A stretch of DNA of 63,784 nucleotides, counting the filler, from Choristocarpus tenellus KU-1152 (Eukaryota > Protista > Phaeophyceae), in NCBI GenBank assembly GCA_964200185.2. It is 9 parts of 9 records of this genome, joined end to end, with 100 filler letters (N's around TTAATTAATTAA, not from the genome) between each part and the next. Parts side by side here need not be neighbours in the genome. Positions count along the whole stretch, not along the records: positions 47,462 to 52,671 come from CAXNAD020011496.1; positions 52,772 to 61,119 come from CAXNAD020004825.1; positions 61,220 to 63,784 come from CAXNAD020026724.1; 6 more parts are not named here. The stretch is one strand, 5' to 3'. The notes beneath the pieces are model-generated. The model had not been told where the DNA came from. It made no database searches and was given only the letters and a program-made list of their open reading frames with translations. Shown piece after piece: positions 52,553-63,784 of the stretch. How positions within the stretch are numbered: the first letter of the stretch is position 1; every line of letters starts with the position of its first letter. The position numbers and the translations under genes are program-made.

Positions 52553-52671
52553 AGGCTCAAAGTATCTGGGGGTTGGGTGGCGGCTGTCCATTTGGGGTCA
52601 ATTTTTTTCATGTCGCGATTCTTGTGTGATTTGGTTGCATATGTCGGTTGGATAATGTAAATGCACTTTTC
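52553..52671. mobile_element. MITE family B copy truncated by the contig end
   Basis: AGGCTCAAAGTATCTGGGGGTTGGGTGGCGGCTGTCCATTTGGGGTCAATT... Confidence 0.8.
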
Positions 52672-52939
52672 NNNNNNNNNNNNNNNNNNNNNNNNNNNNN
52701 NNNNNNNNNNNNNNNTTAATTAATTAANNNNNNNNNNNNNNNNNNNNNNNNNNNNNNNNNNNNNNNNNNNNCCGACGCGCTGCGGAGGCGGGTGGTGTTC
52801 CGACGTGTGCTCTTCCCCTCCCCCCCAACACCCCCCCCCCCCCCCCCCCCCCTTCTCTCTGCCCAACAAAACTACTACTATTATTTGCCTCCAAACTCTC
52901 TACCTGCTCTTTATTGGAACAATGTGAACGAACAAAAAG

Positions 52940-55900
52940 GTGGTGGACGAAATATTTACAGTGGTTCAAAAGGCTTCTGCCTCCTTCCTTGCTGAGCCAT
53001 CCCTACTCATTCGGACCACTCTTGTGCTGTTAGCTTTAGCCCTGGGTGGACTCACCGCCACACACACCATGGCCCTTGCTGGTAAGGAACAAACGTTTTT
53101 CATACTTCAAAATATTATTTTTATATTTCCCAAGTCCCCAAACCCAAGAGCTGTATGTACAGAGGTGCAACGTTTTGAACGAGCTTTTTACTGTGGATTG
53201 AAATGAACTACTAGGAGCTGATGACCTCGGTATGTAACAATTCCTCTACGCCTTCATACCCCCCACACATCAAACAAATACCAGTCCCTTACAACAAGCA
53301 ATCTCCTCTCTTATGCTTTTCCCCTACGTTCATGACACAGTGGCAACATGCCGTCAAAGACTGCGCACGCCTTCACTAGCACGGGAAACCAACATCCCAA
53401 ACTCCATGGCTGGTATTAGCCTGGCTTGGCTTACACCGGGAGCCAAGAAGTTCCTACATGGCCGATCAGGGTAAGGGGAAGCACCGCAGTAGGCTTCCTC
53501 TCCTCAACCGTAGAATCACTGCGTTTCTCTGCTTACCTACTATTATCCTCAATTCTCAACTTCCTCCTCCATGTCGCAACCCATGCCTGACTAACAATAC
53601 TGAGGTTAACATGAATGCGTAGCACAATTTAGAGCTGAGCACATTGGAAGAATTGACATCAAGGTGGGCAAATAAACATTACCCATGGTCTCTCCCCACT
53701 CTCTGCTCCCCAACCGCCCTTACTGTGTCTATTGATCAAAGGAGGCTTAAGCAAATGATATCTGAAGATCTCGCTGATATTGTGCTTCCACCTGAGACTG
53801 AGGAGCGCCTAAGACAGTTAGCCACTTCCGTGAGGTAATTTTTTCCACAATAGAGGCATCCCATTGCAGAGACACTGGTTTGAGTGAAAGTATCTTAGAG
53901 GGTACGAGTTTTGCCCTGTTTGTCAATCTGGAGCTTGGGTTCCCATGGGTTCTTTTATGACATTTTCCTACTCCGAAATGTTTAGGAATAGGTATAATGT
54001 ATTTGTCATGAAAAGGTGTGTGCGGAACATGGATATTGGCACTTCCTAACAAGCACAATAGCCAGAATTACATCAAAATCGCAACATTGGATTTTGGCCC
54101 CCAAATGGATGCGGCTCTACCCTTTAAAATACTTTGACTTGGTTGGTTGAGTGAAATATTCGTCTAAAGACGTAACTGATAGAACAATCGACTGCACTCA
54201 CTGATGTCATAGACAGTATTTCTGACACACCCTGAAGTTTGGAGCATCCTTTGTACCTGGTCAATTGAGAGGAAACGGACCGAGCAGGAAAAAGTAAAAG
54301 TTGTGTAAGGAACCAAAAAAGAAAAGCATTGGGCCAAAGTACTGGAAGATTTAAGGCATGATGATATGTAGAGTGAAAGTAGAGGGAGATATGGTGCAAT
54401 ACAGCACAATCAGTCTAAGGTCTGAGTGATTTTCTTATTGATGATGACGGCTATCCTGTATTTGCATTTTTCATTTGCCTTGGAATAGACGGAAAGGGTG
54501 TCTGCAGTCACCCTCGTTTCTGTGTGCATTATTATTTCCCCAAATCCTCCTTTTTTGTCTCATCTCACTCGCCAAATACTACTCCACAACTTGGCTTAGT
54601 TGTAAAATACTCGTTTTGGGCACTACCACAGATGGACTCTTCGTTCCCATTAATTTTCAATGATAAGTGCAGAAATTTGAATTGAAATAGTACTGTTGGT
54701 AGAAAAATGGCAAACATCTACTCTTCAACCTGACCACATTTTGCGAAGATAGTTTTCTTCAGCCAAGTTGCATTGCAGGCTTCTGATCAATTGCCACATT
54801 GACCAAGCAATCAACTCGGGACTGCACTCTCCTCCCTCCCTTTTCCAACCATGTTGCAAAAGCATACTTCCAGAGACAAAGAGAGAGTTTCAATTGCTTT
54901 TCCGATTCATGATCCCACACTAAGGCCTCCCTCCCCTGTATACTCCCCTCCAAGTTAGTCCTCCACTATCCTCCCTCTCTCTCTCATCCCCACCTCCATG
55001 ACACTAACAATATACAAAGTACAAGTCAAATCATTTGATAGATAGGCGGGGTTGCTATTATAAGGGATCCTGAAAAAGAGCAAAAATATAAAATTTTATA
55101 CAATTGCAGAAAGATGTTTTGCTGAATTGTGGCATCAATATTTGTGTTGAAAGAAGCAGGAATATCATTTTGCGTACACTGTGATTGTGCACATAAAGCA
55201 TGATGAAACAGATTGTATCGAAAAGGGTAAGAAAGATGGCTTAGTGCGCACAAAGGTCCAAACCTGCCTACTTCTCAGACGGTGTCGGCTCCCACACACG
55301 CTGTTACTCCTGTGCCACAACACCCTCAGGTCGTCCTTTTTCCGGGGCACTCCCCTCCCTCACATCCTCCTTCATGGCCCCCCCGGGTCTGGCAAGACCA
55401 TGCTAGCCCATCACTTTGCCCATCTCTGCGGCCTGCATCATGTCGTAATGTCAGGGGCAGATGTGGGGCCACTTGGGGCTAGCGCCTCCTCTGAACTCCA
55501 TCGCCTCATGGGTTGGGCCACAGCAAGAAGGAGAAAGATGATGGGTCGAGGGGTAAGGGGAAGGGGGATGCTGCTATTGATGGATGAAGCAGAGGCGGCC
55601 CTTTCAGATCGAAGGCAAGTGGTTGTTGAGAAAGGGTTCTACTGGAGGGAGTGGTGAGAAAGCAAGAAGCAGTTATCGGGAAGAAATTATTGTATGCGCA
55701 TGGACAAGTGATATCAGTTGGTTTCTTAAAAAGTGATATCAGGGAGGGGTATGGCAAAGGTCGTCTGGAAAGAGTAGCCCCTGTCTGCTGTCCAGACTGA
55801 CTGATCCTTTTTGCACTCTCATGGTAATATACCCTGTGAAATAATAGAACCCTCTGAGCCCAACCTCTGCATCCTGACGAGACAATGCATTTTCTCTCAC

Positions 55901-58456
55901 CTCTGCTTCGTCTTCCTTAACCTTGATGAGCTGCACTTGCTTCATACTTGTACCCTCTTGAAGAAAGAGGGCCTTAAGCGAGAATGCTAGGAGTGCCCTC
56001 AACACAGTCCTCCTGCACACAGGAGAACCCCAGCCGGGGTTCATGGTTGTGCTGGCAACAAGCCGCCCACAGGTATAGTAAAAGTGATGCTCTGTGTTTC
56101 AGTCAAGCCTCTCCCTCTAGCCAAACCTCTGTGTCTTGAACAATGATTTTCTATAACCACTTGAGTGAAAGTATCTTAGAGGGTACGAATTTTGTAGTGT
56201 TTATCCATTTGGGACTTGGCTTCCCACAGGTTTTTATGGCATTTTCCTACTCCAAAATGTTTTGAAGTAGGTAAAATGTGTATGTTATGAAAATGTGTGT
56301 TCGGAACTAGGATATTGACACTTCCTAACAAACACAATGGCCAAAATNNNNNNNNNNATTACATCAAAATCGCAACATTGGATTTTGGCCCCAAACGGAC
56401 GCGGCTCTACCCTCTAAGATACTTTGACTCCTTATGATATATATACAGACAGAGGAGAGGGCAGAAGTAGCCACTCAATCACAAATACGAGATGACAATT
56501 GCCCACAAGTCACTGCGCAGAGTTCTTTCAATGGACAAGAGAGCAGTACGGTATGCTTCTCATATAAACTTGTCAATGCTACCTCTGACCACCCGCATAG
56601 AATTAGTTGAGAGGAGCTAAACGTCACCGTCACTACAACCATTTTTGAATGATTAGTGATATTTGGTGAGGAATGAACATGTAGTTATATCTTTCAGGGA
56701 TTAGGATTAAAGTTTTGCTGTGTCAAAAGTGTTCAACTTTCAACTATGGCATGCCCCCTGCGATCATATCTTGACCCCCTTTCATCTGTCATGATAACAT
56801 GGCGAGTAAACACCTCTAGAGGAGAAATGACTGGTCCACATGGCAGAACGTACTACACCTACCAGTTCAAACATAATTTTCCGTCCATGTACACCATCAA
56901 CAGAAGTGGTATTTCATCAGAAGTAATGCCTGATATTCTTGAAGCAACTGTTGCATGGACAAGAGCATGGGTGAGTCAAAAACACCAACAGGACACTCAG
57001 TATATGTATTGATTGTGCAAAGGCTGAGGTCACTACCATTATGAAGAGTACTTTAGAGCAAAAGTTATCATCAACACCAGCGTCACACCCCTGGTATCAT
57101 GGCACACTCCACGGGTTAATGCTATGCCCCTTCCCCCCCCCCCTACAACCTCATGTGTCCCTAACTCCAGGACCTCGATGGTGCCATTCTGGACAGGGTG
57201 GATGAGGTTTTGCATCTCTCTCTGCCTGACCTTTACCAGCGCCGTCGATTGGTCAGGAACCTCTACAATATCCATGTAGCACCGTGCACACACCCGTGTG
57301 GGTCAGACATACATCATGCCAAATGTGCACACATATTATTTCCCTTGCCTTCTGAACAGAATCCTGGATTAGATGGACCTTCCCGAGCCCCAGGCGTTGA
57401 AAAGATTGCTTTGGGGGTTGAAGAGAGAGGTGATATGAGCAACAGTAGGAAGGGGATAAAGGATAAGCGAGGGGGGGGCATAATGGATGCTACAACTATG
57501 GATAAATCTGGAGGTATGTCAACTACTGTTAGCAGGGATGGAGGCACGGATTGTTGTGGGAGGGTGTATAAAGACAGGGATGACAAAGGGAATAGTCACA
57601 AAGGAATAAGAAGGACGATGAACATCATAGCTTCCTCTGCACAATGGAAACGCTTGAAGATAGGTTGGATTGGTTCGGTGATTAGTTCAAGCCAATGGGG
57701 GCGAAAGAAGACAGGAATCACAGTTGAAGGAGATTTTCTGGAAAAGATCCCAGTGGCATTGGAAAGGCTAGCACAAGAAACCGAAGGGCTGTCAGGCAGG
57801 GACCTCTCCAAAATATTCCTAGCCATAAAGGTGATCAGTTTTACGCCTTGGCATGATATATCCTACTGGCCTAGTCGAAGATGTTTTCTTAGTAATAGAT
57901 GAACGTATGGAAACACTCTATGTCAGTATAGTAATTGAGCCAGCAGTAAACATGACACTGGAAAGGGAAGCCTTCAGTGTTTGGTTTCCAGTACCAACTC
58001 ATAGCATTGGTGTTATGGGAGTGGGGCAGAAACTGTGGTAGCCCTAACTTCAACATAGGAAGAACCAAGCAGGATTGACTCCTACAAGTCAACTAGAGTT
58101 CCTGGATTAATGTGTGTCTATTCAACTGCATGCCCCACATTTACTGTCTAATCTATATTTCCAATATGGTTATGAGTTTGACATGTACCCTTTAATAAAG
58201 ACGCCCTTCATACACCCTCACTCTCAACTCTATGTCCACACAATCAGTATATTTCCTTTCCAGTCCCCTGCTCCCAACCCGCACATTTTATGGCTTGGTT
58301 TGGGTGCAGGCTGCTGTGTGTGGATCTGAGAACGGCATTCTCAGTGAATTGTTGTGGACTCTAACTACACGACAAAAGCTGGTGGAATTTCGAGCTAAGC
58401 ACGCTCTGGCTTTGTGTGGTAAAAAGCTAGGTGAGGCTATCTTGAGTACCCAGTAG
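52940..58456 (+). CDS. ATAD3: ATAD3-like mitochondrial AAA+ ATPase; 5' partial
   Basis: Exons 52940-53081, 53341-53470, 53742-53834, 55330-55614 (GC donor), 55964-56072, 57171-57830, 58310-58456. TM segment, 'L.TPSLARET', Walker A HGPPGSGKT, MSGADVGPLG, Walker B LLLMDEAEA, 'RSALN.VL.HTG', DLDGAILDRVDE, 'TEGLSGRDLSK', AAVCGS. Confidence 0.9.
53882..54140 (-). mobile_element. MITE family A in an ATAD3 intron
   Basis: GAGTGAAAGTATCTTAGAGGGTA ... TACCCTTTAAAATACTTTGACTT; flanks GTTT/GGTT. Confidence 0.87.
56163..56430 (-). mobile_element. MITE family A in an ATAD3 intron (contains a 10-N gap)
   Basis: GAGTGAAAGTATCTTAGAGGGTA ... TACCCTCTAAGATACTTTGACTC; flanks (A)CTT/CTT. Confidence 0.87.
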
Positions 58457-61249
58457 GTTTCACGCCAATCAATAACAGCAACAAAACGAACTAGTCAATG
58501 CTTCATATGCACCTACCCAAGTGCTGACCTAAGAAAGTATTTCATTAACTATTGTTGTGTTGCCATCCACCCATGCCCTGTTAGGGCCATGTTATTATAT
58601 TGACAAAATTGTAGAGTATTTTACATTTTCTTCATGAGACAACAGATGAATAGCTGGACCACGATCTCACGATATGTCAGTGAGACTCAGTAGGGAGCGT
58701 GGATAGGACGCCCTTCACACAATTTTAGCATCAAGTCGTCAATGAACCTTTGTGACCGAGTTTTTTCCTCACCTGGGTAAACACTGCTTGCCAGCCCACA
58801 AGTCAAACAGAGATGAAATTCAGCAACAACAGCAACAGGAACATCATGGAGAGGCACTTGAAGATCGTACAGAACCAAAGGTGCATGCTCCAAGATTCGA
58901 ACCACCCATACTGTCTGATCCTGAGGTCACCAGGCCAGAGGGAGTGCGATAGGTTCTTGACCAACATGTGGACTGGTGCTGGAAAGAAACGGGTGTGAGG
59001 TGGATCAGATGGGTGTGCGCCTACATGAATGCACATAGATATTGTTGTAGAAGCTGAGTGCTAAGAGTGCCTAAGTTTAGGCATGAATTAATAATCACCA
59101 AAGGGGTGGGTTTGCACTCTAGCTTCATTTATATGATGGTTCGGCAATAAGCATATGCTTATCTTGTTTGTTTTTGGCGACTTGAGAGTTTTACATCTTG
59201 CTAATCGTGGAATACGATGAGTCTGGTCTCTAGCCCTGTTGATAGACCACAGTTTATTCCAAGCAGCAAGAAGGCACATGTATATTTCAATCCTTACACG
59301 TCAAGGTAGTAGAGGTGAATGAAAGTTTTGTTATAAATTACACAGGAACAAATTCGACTCTCTAACACACTTGGCTCAGTACACCTGCAGTAAAACTGAT
59401 GGAGTAGAAATTAAATTACAAACAAGAGGATTTTGCTTGTGGCAAACAAGTGTGTGTCAATATATATGTTTGTGTGGGTGTGTATATGCATGTTCATGAT
59501 ATGGGCACACAGCTATATGTTGAGGTTTGTCAGTTACATTTGGACCTGGGGACATGGAAGCATAAGCGGACACATGTTCAGCTAGCGGTAGTGGCCTGTG
59601 CAATAGCGTTCTGGGTGTGGGTTACTGATATATGCTGTATCCATGACATGGATGTGGCGAACAATGGGTCCTCCTCATCGATAATGATTTACTCTAAACC
59701 TTAGTCGACCACATGGAGTCCTACTCATTAATTGCAGTTGTGTTGGTAGACTACCAAACTGTGCAACAGAAGGAGGCCCTCTTCATGTCCTATTTGAAGG
59801 AACCACCATACCAGATTTTCCTAGTCTCATCTTCCCAACAAGGATTGTCGACCCTCCTTCTTACTCTTTTAATCCCAAGTGCAATGCCCTGACCAGCAGC
59901 TTGAAAGCAAGGAACGAAGTATTTCTTTGCTATCAACATGCTTTATAAAGCCTTCCATATATTTCACACACAAATTAGCCTGGTACAAGGTTCTCATGAG
60001 AAGGGAAAACATGTATATCCAAACCAGTACATTTTTTTGCCATACTTCGAAGTGTGATTAATAAAGCATGACGGCCTTTACTGAATCTAACGAGATAGTG
60101 AGAGGACTCCAATTGGTACGAGAAAAGTGTTCTTTTGGGGGTTGCACAATCCCTAGCCACTTTTCCTCAAGCAGCCCTGCCTTATACTAGTAGGAAACCA
60201 CTTCGTCTGGTAAGCACCAGGATGAGCTAGGCAACGATAAGGAGATCGCCCAGGAAGAGAGGGTAGGAGGAGGGTAGACATGTTACAATGATGTCAAAGG
60301 AGAATAGATTACACTTAATTGTTTAAGAACGGCATTGGCAACGTACGATCTGCAGCTGTTGCTCAAGTGCCCACGATGTCCACTTTTGCCAACGGGTCAT
60401 CAGTGACGGCCATGATCTCCATTCTTGAGTTTGATCATCTCGAGACTGTTTCACCGTCAAAAGAGCAATAGTTTCCCTGACATCCGACTCCTTATATTGC
60501 CATTACATCAAAAGTAAGAAGAAAGACAAATTCATTGCAACGACAGGGACAAAAGAGACGAAGCAATGCAGATGTAGTCTTTGAAGGCCACATTGCATCA
60601 TGTTTTTCGTCCATATAGGAAACAAGGTAATCAATCTAACGGTTGCAGGTTATGCCTGTCATCAAGCATGCAATAATCTAACAAGAAATAAGCACAAATA
60701 TTATGTCAGAGCTAGGCCCAACAACCACTCTGACGTTTCAATGTGAAGTGTGTTACTGTTTATGCGCATACAATAATGTTGAGTGGAGTGAGTCAAGGTA
60801 AACGAGAGGTACCCTTCGTTTAGTTTGACTCAGTGCAGCTTTTTAATTCGTACAATCCACTTTTGGGGGAATGGAGTGTCATTTACATCATGTACACACG
60901 CTTTCTAGGCGCACAACATTAGTAACCCCGTAAGGAAGAGATCCCCATTTCCATCCTCATGTTTCAGGATATATGAACATTTATGACAGACGTATAGTGT
61001 GAAGATTGTTTCTCGCGTTCTAACAAGTACGAACTATATACGATATTAGTAACACATAGGTAGCCTTACTAGATAAATGATTATTTTGAGAAGATGCAGA
61101 GTAAGATTCGGAATACCTANNNNNNNNNNNNNNNNNNNNNNNNNNNNNNNNNNNNNNNNNNNNTTAATTAATTAANNNNNNNNNNNNNNNNNNNNNNNNN
61201 NNNNNNNNNNNNNNNNNNNCTGCTCCGTCCTGTATCCGCTTCAAGGATA

Positions 61250-63534
61250 CGTCCTTCGACGGAGGTATGCAAGGGCACCCCTGTACATGCGCCTGCACTG
61301 GCAGAGGCCCCCCTACCCTCCCTCTTACCAATGTTCTCCTTATCATAATCGTCCTCGTCGTCCTTGTCTTCCTTCGGCTGCTCCTCGTCCTCCTCCTCCT
61401 CTTCATCTTTCTCCTCGTCCTCCTCTTCATCTTTCTCCTCGTCCTCTTCCTTGTCGTTGCCGGTGTTGTCTTCCCTTTCGTCCCCATTCTCCCCCCCCCT
61501 CTCCTCTCCTCGTCCCTTGAATGTATGTTCCGTCCTTCTCTCACAAAACCCCCCCTTTCCCTCGCCTCTATAACAGACCGTAGAACCGTCAAGACCTTGA
61601 TAGGAACCTTTTTTCCACTCCCAACAACTTTCTCGCAAGTCGAAACAATACCCGCCACGGGTTCCCATCTTACATCCTTAACTCTCTTCTGTTTCCCAGT
61701 TCGCCCGGATCTATCACCAGCGTGAATGTAGCCTTCGACAAAACTACTTTTGCCGTACTTCTCAAGGGTCATTAGCACGGCATTGTCACGTGTGTGGTCA
61801 CTGGTCGGCCGAAGCCAGTGAATATCCACCCCACGCTCTCCCCGTCCTCGCCGACGCGCTCCGCTAGGATCTTGCCGACCAAGAGCGGCGCCTCCGTTGC
61901 CACAAAAAAGGCAAACCTGCCTTCCTGCACTGAGACTATGTTTCCATGGTTCCCTGATGTCAACGTGGCACTAGGCCAACCCCGTCGACAGGAGCCAGGT
62001 TCTTCCTTGTCACTGTCCGATGAGGAAGAGTGTGTTTCCTCGAGCCCGCCAAGATCATTTTCACCGCTGACGAGATTATCTCCTCCACCCGAATGTTCGC
62101 CCTGGTCTGTGTCTTCGAGGTCACTGGTGCTAGTTCCAGCGCCATCGTCATCGGTGGGAAGCCAATGGACTGGGAGGTCGAAATCTCGTTCCCCTGTCTT
62201 TTTGAGAAGTCGCACAGATTCATTTTGCTCGTGTTTCGCTCTCTGAACGGCTTCATTGTCTCGTCTGCTAAGGTGGAATCCATGAGCACGAGAACATCAA
62301 CGGTATGAATACATGAATGTTACTTTGTTACCAGGCGTGACATTTCACGAATGCGCTCGGGGAGTATGCGGTGAGAGGGAGGGTGTATATTTCGTCGGGA
62401 TCGTGTCAGTTGAGTACAAGACCGGTACCCTCACATTTATCGCGGGTAATCTATGGTACTTTTTATTGTAATATGCGACGATCACTACACGTGAGAATGC
62501 AATATTTTTCAAGATTTTTTTTCTAAAGGCTGTAAAGGCTGCCTCGTAAAAAAGTTGCACCTGATTTTTTTGGCTGCCACCGAATACCAAAATTAGCTAT
62601 CAACTCCCCTCACGAAAAAATCGACTTACCCAGTGGGTACGCAGCAGCGAGGTGCTTGTGCGACGCCTGGTACCGCTGCTCCACCTTCAGGATGACGTCT
62701 TCGGGAACACTGTTGAGCTGGTAGGGTGGTGCATCTTGGATACGAGGCGGGTGGCCGATGAAGAGGTCGTGTGGAGGGGCGTTGGGGTCCATAGCAAGGT
62801 CTTCGCCTATCCCACTCCATTCGGTGCTGTGCATGTATCACTTTACGCTAACCTTCACCCGCCCATCACCTCCTTTTTCAACGCGAAAAGCCCTGTAGCT
62901 CGTGATGTTGGGGACACGGTTGACGCGACCGCGAAGGAGTATACTGGAACCCCCGTGTAAGAGGCCTGCAGCTCTTCACCCAGCTGTGTTCTTGTGAATA
63001 TGTTCTTGCCTTTTATACCACATGAGGACCTGAAGGTGAAATGCAAGCAAGTTAATTTTGAGGCGGGGGCGAAAGAAGCGAAGTGGAGAAGCAAGATATA
63101 TATGCAGGCACATGCTCTGATACATGTATATGGAAGTAAAGATATAAAAATGGGTGATGCGTACATATTTATTTTTTTGTTTCGAGAGTATGTTGTTACG
63201 AAACAGTTTTGGCAGCTGCTCTTATCGTTCAATTTTGTTGTAGCGAAATCAAAAGCCAATCAATCAATTACAGCGTACGACCATAAACCTTCCATGGATG
63301 CAAGAAGCGTGAGCTGCAAGCCTCAAGGCTGTATCTGTCCGTATAAAACACTATGTGGCTATCGAACTTGCATATCTTGCCTAATTACCTGGAGAAGATT
63401 TGATCGATTTTGATGTGCGTGTGCCCCACCATCATAAAATATATCTCGACCACACGAATGACACTCGCCGTGACCAACAGCCCCACGTATCCGAGAAAGA
63501 AATTGTTCTTGTTCTCTGAGACGCAGTTGTCGAC
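61250..63534 (-). mobile_element. Intron-containing, frameshifted Sola-superfamily (DUF7869-type) transposase
   Basis: Exon 63534-63389 encodes 'VDNCVSENKNNFFLGYVGLLV...VEIYFMMVGHTHIKIDQIFS' (family motif DNC.xENKN...GHTHxxIDQxFS). Exon 63029-62630 continues 'RSSCGIKGKNIFT..QL...LQASY...ITSYRAFRV'. The last exon has an SH3/BAH-like 'LLVGKIL...VDIHW' segment and an acidic tail. Confidence 0.8.
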
Positions 63535-63784
63535 CTGGCCAGTTTGGGAAGTTGGGAGCGAGGGAGGGATAGGCGTGAGGCCGATATGTCAGTCCATTTC
63601 GCCGCGTTTCATGGAGGAACAGGGTAGGTTTCCAGTATTGCTAGAGCGTAATCTCTACATCACCGCCATCATACATGCAGGTTGCAACACACAAACCAAA
63701 ACTAAAGACCGTGCAGTTAGTTACTTGGTGACTGGTATTCAGCGAGTATGTGTTGAGTAGGTCGTGCCAAGATGAAACCTTCTT

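Noticed and set aside
58752-58998. Short poly-Q ORFs downstream of ATAD3
   Set aside because: No splice partners or recognisable motif; explained by a short CAG/CAA repeat.

Overview
Eukaryotic, intron-rich DNA, most likely from a brown alga or a close stramenopile relative (inferred from intron style, TTAGGG tracts and gene/TE families). The window is not contiguous: nine contigs are joined by eight artificial 100-bp N44-TTAATTAATTAA-N44 linkers, so adjacency across linkers carries no meaning. Spliced host genes I could reconstruct: a COX7A-like small mitochondrial protein and DDX6/Dhh1 (both complete, divergently arranged); a type II membrane glycosyltransferase-like gene; fimbrin/plastin; a SMAP-type ArfGAP; a protein with two NZF fingers plus a TRIP12/UPL3-like ARM region; and an ATAD3-like AAA+ ATPase (these five are partial). 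The rest is mostly transposon DNA: a Ty3/gypsy relic with PPT and 3' LTR, CRE-like non-LTR fragments, Stowaway-like DD39D mariner relics, an intron-containing Sola-type transposase relic, and two related abundant MITE families. The most coherent system visible is a Sola-like MITE family (GAG...CTC ends, roughly 4-bp TSD, six near full-length copies) with a candidate transposase family in the same genome. Removing two of these MITEs in silico restores a 299-codon orphan reading frame. I found no rRNA, tRNA or CRISPR. All family assignments are by motif recognition; no database searches were run.
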